62,341 bases of DNA, taken from the IMG/VR virus record IMGVR_UViG_3300042485_001404, positions 1 to 62,341 of that record; one strand, written 5' to 3'. Positions 19,307 to 26,791 of this stretch are shown here, piece by piece. The notes beneath the pieces were generated by a model. It did not search any database, had not been told where the DNA came from, and saw only the letters and a program-made list of their open reading frames with translations. Every line of letters begins with the position of its first letter. Within the stretch, counting starts at the first letter, position 1. The translations under genes were made by a program, and so were the position numbers. The stretch comes from a virus (Duplodnaviria; Caudoviricetes).

Positions 19307-19483
19307 ATGAACACTATTGAACAAATTGAAGCACAAGTTGCACAATTAAAATTAGAAGGAGAGAAATTCTTCACAAAAGGAAACAAGTCTGCAGGAACTA
19401 GACTAAGAAAACTTGCAATGGACATTACAAAGAATTGTAAAGCCCTAAGAATTGAAGTACTTGAGGAAAAAAGTAAAGCTTAA
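19307..19483 (+). CDS. histone H1-like (Hc1-family) small DNA-binding protein, 58 aa, not in the ORF track
   Basis: MNTIEQIEAQVAQLKLEGEKFFTKGNKSAGTRLRKLAMDITKNCKALRIEVLEEKSKA; the KGNKSAGTRxRK signature. Confidence 0.85.
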   Translation: MNTIEQIEAQVAQLKLEGEKFFTKGNKSAGTRLRKLAMDITKNCKALRIEVLEEKSKA

Positions 19484-19494
19484 TTTCAAAAATC

Positions 19495-19533
19495 AGAGGG
19501 GGACATCAATGTCCCTCTCTTAATTTTATTTTT
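19495..19533 (+). terminator. intrinsic terminator
   Basis: Hairpin AGAGGGGGACAT / ATGTCCCTCTCT followed by a T-rich run. Confidence 0.7.
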
Positions 19534-19761
19534 ATGTCATACAACATAATCCTTACAGCTTATCAGCCTGGATTTACTCCTGAGTTTAAAAATTGGATTA
19601 AAAAGAACATTTCACCTACTATGGTTAATGCAAACCTTGAGGATGAAGAAGCAAGTTACTTTTTAGACACAATTATGGAAGAAAGCCTTCTAATGTCTCC
19701 TGAAGACTATGCATTATTAACTGAGTTACAACTTCAAAACATAGAATATGTCGAATTTTAG
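19534..19761 (+). CDS. hypothetical protein
   Basis: 75-aa ORF. Confidence 0.65.
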   Translation: MSYNIILTAYQPGFTPEFKNWIKKNISPTMVNANLEDEEASYFLDTIMEESLLMSPEDYALLTELQLQNIEYVEF

Positions 19762-20101
19762 AATTTCAGAAGCAGATTTTGATCACATTGTTAATGACAG
19801 GTGTATCTTAATCAAAAGAGTCCTTGTAGAAAAGGCAAAAGAATACAGAAGAAACAATGACCCTTTACACAATTTTAGAATAGCTGCTAAGGTGCAAAAT
19901 ACAACTGAAGAGAAAGCTCTTTGGGGATTTGCTGCTAAACACTATGTATCCTTTTTAGATATCATCAATGATATAGAACAAGGAAATATACCTACAACAG
20001 AAATTGTAGAAGAAAAAATAGGAGACCTTATCAATTATCTCATTTTATGTGAGGCCAGTATTAAAGAAAAAATAATCAATAAATCAAATAATCATGCTTA
20101 A
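19748..20101 (+). CDS. DUF1599/Nmad1-like all-helical nucleotide pyrophosphohydrolase-type protein
   Basis: LVEKAKEY...DPLHNF...EEKIGDLINYLIL pattern. Confidence 0.6.
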   Translation: MSNFRISEADFDHIVNDRCILIKRVLVEKAKEYRRNNDPLHNFRIAAKVQNTTEEKALWGFAAKHYVSFLDIINDIEQGNIPTTEIVEEKIGDLINYLILCEASIKEKIINKSNNHA

Positions 20102-20726
20102 AAGACTAGAAAAACATTGCAGCACATCAAAAGATGGAAGAATAGCTTTGTCAAATACCCTTGTGGAAACTGCTATTAAATTACATAATTGCCCAATTAG
20201 AGTTACTTGTGCAGATTATCCTGGAGAAGAGTCTATCTACTCTATTAGTGATTTAACTAGCCCTGTACCTACTAGTGGACCTTACCCTGACCAATTTAGA
20301 CCTGGAAGTACTTATAGTCTATTACATTTTCAATGGAAAGGTACTCCTATGGAATCTGATGTGGAGATTTCTGAAGAAGATACTGAACCTAATGCTACTG
20401 TGTTTGAAAATAAAGAAGAGAATCTTGTAGAAGCTCTTGATGAAATTAAACCTCGTAAAGGATACTACATTATGGAAATTCCTGTGGTAGTAACTACTTA
20501 CCAAAGAATTGAAGTAAGTTTAACAGAGTATATTGGAAGAAAAGTTACAACAATTAGACAAGAAAGAGGTTTAACTCAACTTCAATTAGCTAACCTAACA
20601 GGAAAACTGTCTCAAACTGCAATAAGCACTGTTGAAAGTGGTGTTGGAAACCCTCAACTTATGTCTTTACAACTTATAGCAGATGCTTTTGGGATGGATT
20701 TAATGGAATTAATGCCTACTGTATAA
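20094..20726 (+). CDS. protein with C-terminal XRE-family HTH
   Basis: IRQERGLTQLQLA...SQTAISTVESG...L..IADAF. Confidence 0.82.
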   Translation: MLKRLEKHCSTSKDGRIALSNTLVETAIKLHNCPIRVTCADYPGEESIYSISDLTSPVPTSGPYPDQFRPGSTYSLLHFQWKGTPMESDVEISEEDTEPNATVFENKEENLVEALDEIKPRKGYYIMEIPVVVTTYQRIEVSLTEYIGRKVTTIRQERGLTQLQLANLTGKLSQTAISTVESGVGNPQLMSLQLIADAFGMDLMELMPTV

Positions 20727-20746
20727 TTATTTAAAGCCTCAATATT

Positions 20747-20992
20747 ATGAATCAAAAAATCAAAATAGGAAACCTCACTGTAGATGTTTTTTTTAATGAG
20801 TATGATAAAGTCCTAAAGACTAGGAAACAAGTTTATGGACATGAACTTACTTCTAAAGATAGAGCTGCTATTAATCATGGTTTAGATGATACTGATTTTG
20901 GAGAGTTTTATAGATATGAAGATTCTGAAAAAGAAATCACAGGCATGTTCAATGTTGTGATGGCAGAAGAAGAAGATGAAGATGATGAGTGA
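20747..20992 (+). CDS. hypothetical protein
   Basis: 81-aa ORF with acidic end. Confidence 0.65.
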   Translation: MNQKIKIGNLTVDVFFNEYDKVLKTRKQVYGHELTSKDRAAINHGLDDTDFGEFYRYEDSEKEITGMFNVVMAEEEDEDDE

Positions 20993-21188
20993 ATTATCTA
21001 AGCTATCAAAAATGAGGAATTGGTCTAAATACAGGCTAATGGGAGTTAATTTTCCTAGAGAAGGATTAACTTTGCAGGAACAAAGTGAAATTTGTGAAAT
21101 TCAAAGTAAGATTTTAAATATCCTAAAGAAATGGGATGAAAGAAGTTTAGAACTTAATATAGTACCTAGAAAAAAAGCAACAATATGA
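20976..21188 (+). CDS. hypothetical protein
   Basis: 70-aa ORF, coupled to neighbours. Confidence 0.6.
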   Translation: MKMMSELSKLSKMRNWSKYRLMGVNFPREGLTLQEQSEICEIQSKILNILKKWDERSLELNIVPRKKATI

Positions 21189-21409
21189 CACAAGTAAATT
21201 TAGAAAGAACTCCTTATGCTAAACATTTGTATTACAATGGTGTTTACACTTACAAAGACACTCCTTATGATTTTATTCTATCAGAAGAAGTTTCAGAAAA
21301 TGATATTAATTCTCGTATCATTATTGAATTTGATGCAGATGTAATACCTTTTGATAGAGACAAAGCTAGAAAAGAGATCTTAGGTCTTTATAATCCTGAA
21401 AAACTATGA
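21185..21409 (+). CDS. hypothetical protein
   Basis: 74-aa ORF with ATGA overlaps at both ends. Confidence 0.65.
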   Translation: MTQVNLERTPYAKHLYYNGVYTYKDTPYDFILSEEVSENDINSRIIIEFDADVIPFDRDKARKEILGLYNPEKL

Positions 21410-22485
21410 AGACAAAAATTAGTGCTACAATAGTAGCCCACTCTGTAAATGAGCAAGGAGATGAGTTAATCTCAGTCCTTGCTACATTTCCTAGAATTAT
21501 CTTAGCTGAGGTAAATACTCACAGGATGCTTTCTAAGAACACATCTTCTTCAAGAGCTATTCCATTTGCTAAAATGGTAGAAACTATTCAGAATGACCCA
21601 TTTATTCCTATTGCTTGGCAAAAAGCACACTCAGGTATGCAAGGTACTGAGTATCTAAATGCTTTTGACTCTGAGTGTGCTAAAGAAGATTGGTTAACTG
21701 CTATGGAATATGCAGTAGAAGTAGCAAGTAATTCTAATAAAATAGGTGTTACTAAACAGCTTTGTAACAGATTGTTAGAACCTTTTATGTGGACTACTAT
21801 GTTAATTACAGGACCTAAATCAGGTTGGGACAATTTCTTTAACTTGAGGTGTCCTGAATACAGAGACAGATCTATTAAAGGAGGAGGCTCTTTATATATT
21901 CATAGGAGTAAGAAAGAGTTTTTAAAGTATGATTATGGACAACATGCTAAAGATTTTACAGATTTAGAGTGGTTTAAAATTAATGAAGGCCAAGCTGAAA
22001 TTCATATTATGGACTTAGCTGAGAAGATTTATGATGCTTATAATGAAAGTACTCCTAGAGTATTAAAAGCTGGAGAATGGCATATTCCTTTTGAAAATAA
22101 GATGACAGAGCCTTTCTTTAAAACTACTACAGATGAGAATGGTACTCTATCTTGGATTCCTTTACCAGGATTTGATGCTGGTGCAAAAGAATGGCTTGAA
22201 AATCAAAAAGTTAAAGTCTCTGTGTCCATGGCAGCAAGAACTTCTTATACTGTAGTAGGAGAAGAAAAAGCTATTGACTATGAAGCTATGATTAAGTTAC
22301 ATGATAGATTACTTGCTCAAAATCCTCCTCACAGTTCTCCTTTAGAACATTGTGCAAAAGCTATGACTCAAGAAGAATATTGGTCTTCTTTTGGAACTAC
22401 TTCTCAAAACACTAAAGGTAATGGGTGGTGTAACAACTTGAAAGGATTTATTCCTTATAGGTATTTAGTAGACAATGGAAATTAA
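21406..22485 (+). CDS. thyX: flavin-dependent thymidylate synthase (ThyX-like), permuted motif order
   Basis: EVNTHRMLSKNTSSSRAIP, KQLCNRLLEP, WDNFFNLR, QAEI, AARTSY and HSSPLEH motifs. Confidence 0.8.
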   Translation: MKTKISATIVAHSVNEQGDELISVLATFPRIILAEVNTHRMLSKNTSSSRAIPFAKMVETIQNDPFIPIAWQKAHSGMQGTEYLNAFDSECAKEDWLTAMEYAVEVASNSNKIGVTKQLCNRLLEPFMWTTMLITGPKSGWDNFFNLRCPEYRDRSIKGGGSLYIHRSKKEFLKYDYGQHAKDFTDLEWFKINEGQAEIHIMDLAEKIYDAYNESTPRVLKAGEWHIPFENKMTEPFFKTTTDENGTLSWIPLPGFDAGAKEWLENQKVKVSVSMAARTSYTVVGEEKAIDYEAMIKLHDRLLAQNPPHSSPLEHCAKAMTQEEYWSSFGTTSQNTKGNGWCNNLKGFIPYRYLVDNGN

Positions 22486-23320
22486 GAAACAGAAAACCAA
22501 AACCTTAGTTACCAGAGATAATAGTAGGAGCAGTGATGCCATTGCTCCTAACTTTATTTATGGTTGTCTAGGAGGTTGTATGAAGTCTTATTGTTATGTT
22601 GGTAGGTATAATCATGATAAAGTCTATATCAATGAAAATACAGAGCAAATTTTAGCCTCTATCTATGCTTGGGTTGATTCTAAACCTTGGCCTAAAGAGT
22701 CCAATCAAGTAGATGATACTTACTATTGTGTTGACATAGGGTGTAGTACTGATGTAGCTTTACACAGTAAACACTATAATTGGCAACAGGTATTTGATTT
22801 TTTCAATACCCAATACAAAGTAAAATCAACTTTTGCTACTAAATATCCTACTAAGTTTAAGCTAGATGAGTACAACTTAACTCCAGGTAAACACAGGATA
22901 AGGGTAAGTCTTATGCCTCAAAAGATCTCAAGTATCCTAGAACCCAATACTGACAGCATAGCTGATAGAATTGCTATGATACCTGTACTCCAAAAGAAAA
23001 TGGAAGTGCATATTAATTTTAGTCCAATAGTCTACTACCCTGGTTGGTTAGAAGACTATGAAGATTTGTTTAAGCAACTTCAAGGATTAGAGTTTAAATC
23101 AGAGTGTATATTTGTGACTTACAATAAGATACAAGCTGAAAGAAATAATCCTGATGTGAATTATTACTTGTGGCAGCCTGATTTGCAAGAAGCTAAAAAC
23201 TCTGAATATGCTGCTGACAATATTAGATACAAGTACCAATTTAAGTATGTACTTGTAGATGATTTTAAAGAAGCTTATTCTAAATATTTTCCTTTAGAGA
23301 GTATCAGATATATCTTTTAG
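22475..23320 (+). CDS. spore photoproduct lyase-like radical SAM protein
   Basis: GCLGGCMKSYCY cluster motif, DIGCSTD, FATK, RVSLMP, RI..., FSPIV, RYKY. Confidence 0.8.
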   Translation: MEIKKQKTKTLVTRDNSRSSDAIAPNFIYGCLGGCMKSYCYVGRYNHDKVYINENTEQILASIYAWVDSKPWPKESNQVDDTYYCVDIGCSTDVALHSKHYNWQQVFDFFNTQYKVKSTFATKYPTKFKLDEYNLTPGKHRIRVSLMPQKISSILEPNTDSIADRIAMIPVLQKKMEVHINFSPIVYYPGWLEDYEDLFKQLQGLEFKSECIFVTYNKIQAERNNPDVNYYLWQPDLQEAKNSEYAADNIRYKYQFKYVLVDDFKEAYSKYFPLESIRYIF

Positions 23321-23337
23321 TATTAAAGATTAATCTG

Positions 23338-23345
23338 TATATTTG
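23338..23345 (+). promoter_or_regulatory. Bacteroidota sigma-A type -7 element
   Basis: TATATTTG matches TAnnTTTG, in the intergenic gap upstream of the GroES-like gene. Confidence 0.6.
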
Positions 23346-23366
23346 TAAATAATTAAATTTAAACAT

Positions 23367-23675
23367 ATGAAAATCATTGGTAAAAGAGTACTTGTTGAAC
23401 AAACAAGTGTAAAAAAAGAAGACCTTATCATTCAATTAGATAAGAACAAAGGTTCAAACTTAATAGTAACCTTTAAAGTAGTTCAAATGGGGACAGAGTG
23501 CCCTACTGGACTTGGAGAAGTTGTGGTAGGAGATATTCCTATTTTTGCTGAGCATGTTAGTTTTAGTGGTCATAAAATGATAGATGTAGTAAAAGATGCT
23601 AAAGGAGAAGTTCTTAAAGCTGTTGCTCACACTGTTGTTTACTATGATGATATCATTGCTACAGAAAATGACTAG
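23367..23675 (+). CDS. GroES/Cpn10-like co-chaperonin
   Basis: MKIIGKRVLV...VVQMG...VVVGD...DIIA pattern, 102 aa. Confidence 0.75.
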   Translation: MKIIGKRVLVEQTSVKKEDLIIQLDKNKGSNLIVTFKVVQMGTECPTGLGEVVVGDIPIFAEHVSFSGHKMIDVVKDAKGEVLKAVAHTVVYYDDIIATEND

Positions 23676-23874
23676 TAAGATTATAATTATGGACTTTGCA
23701 ACTTGTGAAGTCCATATTTTTCCTTATAACTATGAACTATGGGGACTAGATGGGCAGAGTTTTGTAGTTGAACATCATTCAGAACATGGTCAAAGTTTTA
23801 AACTAGGGGAATGTGAGTGGATGGTAGTTGATACAAAGGAAACAGAGAACAGATTACCAATTTATTTACACTAA
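23668..23874 (+). CDS. hypothetical protein (start reassigned from 23596)
   Basis: MTSKIIIMDF start overlaps the GroES stop by 8 nt. Confidence 0.6.
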   Translation: MTSKIIIMDFATCEVHIFPYNYELWGLDGQSFVVEHHSEHGQSFKLGECEWMVVDTKETENRLPIYLH

Positions 23875-23876
23875 AC

Positions 23877-24932
23877 ATGGAAAGAACAATTTATAAAAAA
23901 GACAGTCAAGGAAATATTAGATATTTGTCTATTTCTACAAACTTGAATATGATAATTCAAGAGTCAGGAATTGTTGGAACAAATAGTCCTGTAATTAATA
24001 GGAGTGCTTGTGAGGCAAAGAATATTGGAAAAGCTAATTATACTACTCCAGCATCACAAGCTGTCTTAGAAGCTCTTTCTAAGGTTAAAGAAAAGATGAG
24101 ATTAGGTTACTTTGATTCAATAGAAGAAGCTCAAGAAAAAGGAGGTAAGGATTTCTTACTACCTATGTTAGCCAAAGACTATAAAAAAGAATTGAAGAAA
24201 GTAACTTATCCTTGTTATGTTCAACCTAAGTTAGATGGTATGAGGTCTTTAGCTACTGAAAAACAATTTATGTCAAGAACAGGAAAGGCTATTGATACTC
24301 TTGGACATATAAACTTATCTGACTTTGAGGATGTGATTTTAGATGGAGAGCTTTATGCACATGGAGTTACATTCCAAGAAAACATGAGACTTATCAAAAA
24401 GTACAGAAGATACCAGACAGAGGAAGTTAAATACCATGTTTATGACATAGTTATGGATGCTCCTTTTAGTGAAAGACACAGACTTCTTACTGCTTTAATT
24501 GATCCTGAAGTACACACTACTTTAGAAATAGTTTCTACTTACATAGTAAACAATGAAGAGGAAATGAAAGCTAAACACATTCAATTTATTGCATTAGGTT
24601 ATGAAGGTACTATGGTAAGACACTCTGATGAGAGTTATGCTGTAAACAAGAGAAGTTCTCAATTACTTAAATACAAAGACTTTATAGATGAGGTATTTAC
24701 AGTAGTTGATATTGTACCTTCTGAAAGTAGACCTGAACAAGGTGTTGTAGTATGTACTTCTTCTAAAGGAACATTTAGTTGTGGTATGAAATTCAGTCAC
24801 TTTGATAGAAAAGTAATGCTATTAGAAAAAGAAAAATACATTGGCCAACCTGCTGAAGTAAGATTCTTTGAATATACTGATGGTGGAATACCTAGGTTTC
24901 CTGTATGTGTAGGTTTTAGACTTGATAAATAA
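23877..24932 (+). CDS. ATP-dependent DNA ligase
   Basis: PMLA, QPKLDGMR, LDGELY, YHVYD, GYEGTMVR, LLKYK, RFP motifs. Confidence 0.93.
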   Translation: MERTIYKKDSQGNIRYLSISTNLNMIIQESGIVGTNSPVINRSACEAKNIGKANYTTPASQAVLEALSKVKEKMRLGYFDSIEEAQEKGGKDFLLPMLAKDYKKELKKVTYPCYVQPKLDGMRSLATEKQFMSRTGKAIDTLGHINLSDFEDVILDGELYAHGVTFQENMRLIKKYRRYQTEEVKYHVYDIVMDAPFSERHRLLTALIDPEVHTTLEIVSTYIVNNEEEMKAKHIQFIALGYEGTMVRHSDESYAVNKRSSQLLKYKDFIDEVFTVVDIVPSESRPEQGVVVCTSSKGTFSCGMKFSHFDRKVMLLEKEKYIGQPAEVRFFEYTDGGIPRFPVCVGFRLDK

Positions 24933-24947
24933 TTTAATAAAAACAAA

Positions 24948-25529
24948 ATGAGTAAAATTAAAGACATCCTTGAATATCAAGGACTAGCAACTAGAACCTA
25001 TGTAGATTTAGGAGATATGGAAAGTAACCAAAGGCACATGAACCTTGGGGTTATTACTGAAGTAGGAGAAACTCTTGATATTTTTAAGAAATTCTTGGCT
25101 TACAAAAAACCTATGGACATAGTCAATTTAGGTGAAGAACTTGCTGACATGGCTTGGTATATTGTAAATCAATGCACTCTTCAAGATTTAATCTTAGATG
25201 ATCATTTTGAGGAAGTGTTGATGGAAACTGAAGAACTTATTAGGATTAAAATGTTTAGTGTTGAAGGACTTTCTCTTGAACTTAAAGCAGAAGCTATTTT
25301 GACATTGATTCTAGGTACTTACTGTACTCCTAGTAATCATATCTTTAATGCTCCTATCATTCAGTTAGCTATGTTACATCACATTGCATCCTGGTTTGAT
25401 TTAGATTTCTTCCAATGTCTTACTAACAACATTGATAAATTGAAGGTAAGATACCCAGAAAAGTTTACAGAGGAAGCAGCTCAGAACAGAGACTTAGAAG
25501 CTGAGAGAGTTGAATTAGAAAAAGAGTAA
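24948..25529 (+). CDS. MazG-like NTP pyrophosphohydrolase
   Basis: TEVGETLD, EELADMAWY, NIDKLKVRYP motifs. Confidence 0.85.
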   Translation: MSKIKDILEYQGLATRTYVDLGDMESNQRHMNLGVITEVGETLDIFKKFLAYKKPMDIVNLGEELADMAWYIVNQCTLQDLILDDHFEEVLMETEELIRIKMFSVEGLSLELKAEAILTLILGTYCTPSNHIFNAPIIQLAMLHHIASWFDLDFFQCLTNNIDKLKVRYPEKFTEEAAQNRDLEAERVELEKE

Positions 25530-25553
25530 TAAGTGCCCTCACATGAGGGACAT

Positions 25554-25624
25554 AGTCAGGTGGTGTAATGGACAGCACAGCAAACTTCGTTTGTAAGGTA
25601 CAGGTTCAAATCCTGTCCTGACTA
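25554..25624 (+). tRNA. tRNA-like RNA with shortened anticodon arm; isotype undetermined
   Basis: Acceptor AGTCAGG/CCTGACT, D-arm GTGT-AATGGACA-GCAC, T-arm ACAGG-TTCAAAT-CCTGT. The anticodon arm GCAAA-CTTCG-TTTGT is 15 nt rather than 17. Confidence 0.75.
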
Positions 25625-25648
25625 CTAATAATTAAAAAATAAAAGGTT

Positions 25649-26482
25649 ATGAAAAACATACACGTTATAGCAACAGATAAACCAAGTAGGTTATATTTAT
25701 CTAATTATGGTAAAGAACTTAATTTAAGTGCTTATCCATTAAGAAACTACACTACTGGACAACACATCTACATCACTTCTAATGAAGAAATTAAAAGAGG
25801 AGATTGTATTTTATTACCTAATAGTGAAATAATAATTTTACCTACAGGGTTATCTCAAGTACCTTTAAGTAACTTTATTAGAGGATATAGTTTATCTGAT
25901 TGTAAAAAAATCATATTAACAACAGATCAAGATTTAATCAAAGATGGTGTACAAGCTATTGATGATGAGTTTTTAGAATGGTTTGTTAAGAATCCAAGTT
26001 GTGAGAGTGTTAAGGTTGTTCCATATTTAAAAAGTATCATTAACCCTATCACAAATGAAGAGTATCCGACAGTTCAATATAGACATTTTGATTTAAGTAA
26101 AATGATTTGTGAGTATAAGTATAAAATAATAATTCCAAAAGAAGAACAAAAGCAACATCTTATTAATATGATGAAATCAGATGAAGAATTGGGATTATAT
26201 AAAGAACCTAAACAAGAAACACTTGAAGAAGCTGCTGAAAGATTAACACAAGATTACAACAGCAATATTTCTAATAAACTAATAGCCAAAACATTTATAA
26301 CAGTTGGTGCTAAATGGCAACAAGAACAAGACAAGAATTTGTATAGTGAAGAAGAAGTATTAGAACTTTTAAAAGAAGTCAGAAAAGGTAGTATGATTAC
26401 TTCTTCAATTAACAATAGAACATATTGGGAGTTTGACATTAAATCAGAAAAGAAATGGTTTGAACAATTTAAAAAGAAATAA
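25649..26482 (+). CDS. hypothetical phage protein
   Basis: 277-aa ORF with KIILTTDQDLIKDGVQAIDDEFLEWFVKNPSCE and ETLEEAAE...GAKWQQE modules. Confidence 0.75.
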   Translation: MKNIHVIATDKPSRLYLSNYGKELNLSAYPLRNYTTGQHIYITSNEEIKRGDCILLPNSEIIILPTGLSQVPLSNFIRGYSLSDCKKIILTTDQDLIKDGVQAIDDEFLEWFVKNPSCESVKVVPYLKSIINPITNEEYPTVQYRHFDLSKMICEYKYKIIIPKEEQKQHLINMMKSDEELGLYKEPKQETLEEAAERLTQDYNSNISNKLIAKTFITVGAKWQQEQDKNLYSEEEVLELLKEVRKGSMITSSINNRTYWEFDIKSEKKWFEQFKKK

Positions 26483-26485
26483 GTT

Positions 26486-26581
26486 ATGAAGTATATTTTG
26501 ATTTGGATAGGGTACGAGTTTATTAGACCTAAGTTGATTTGGTTGTGGGATTATCTAATTAAAAAAGCAGGAGGAAATTAA
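26486..26581 (+). CDS. 31-aa hydrophobic peptide, not in the ORF track
   Basis: MKYILIWIGYEFIRPKLIWLWDYLIKKAGGN fills the gap between the previous stop and the terminator. Confidence 0.5.
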   Translation: MKYILIWIGYEFIRPKLIWLWDYLIKKAGGN

Positions 26582-26621
26582 ATAAAGTGAGGCCTCAACA
26601 GCCTCACTTTATTTTTTTTTT
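26581..26621. terminator. bidirectional terminator at the convergence of the two modules
   Basis: 13-bp perfect inverted repeat AATAAAGTGAGGC / GCCTCACTTTATT with a long T tract. Confidence 0.88.
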
Positions 26622-26789
26622 CTATTTACCCTTAACTTTCTTCAAGTTAGGGTTAGCCTTCTTTGCTGCAGGGGATGCATTTCTAGAAGCTGAAGCAAGT
26701 ATTGCTCCTGCTGACTTCATTGATACTCCTTGCTTAGAAGCTATACTAGATTGTACAGCTTTGAATCCTGGGTGTTTTTTAGTTGCCAT
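26622..26789 (-). CDS. 55-aa very basic protein, not in the ORF track
   Basis: MATKKHPGFKAVQSSIASKQGVSMKSAGAILASASRNASPAAKKANPNLKKVKGK; starts just after the 1804-aa gene stop and ends at the terminator. Confidence 0.8.
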   Translation of the reverse strand: MATKKHPGFKAVQSSIASKQGVSMKSAGAILASASRNASPAAKKANPNLKKVKGK

Positions 26790-26791
26790 AG

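Noticed and set aside
23596-23667. Upstream start for the ORF ending at 23874
   Set aside because: Would overlap GroES by 80 nt; the ATG at 23668 gives normal coupling.
25554-25624. Calling the RNA tRNA-Glu(TTC) or tRNA-Arg(TCG)
   Set aside because: The anticodon arm is 2 nt short, so no canonical 7-nt loop with U33 can be drawn.
1466-26439. Short - strand ORFs inside the replication module
   Set aside because: They lie antisense to well-supported genes and show no motifs; typical shadows.
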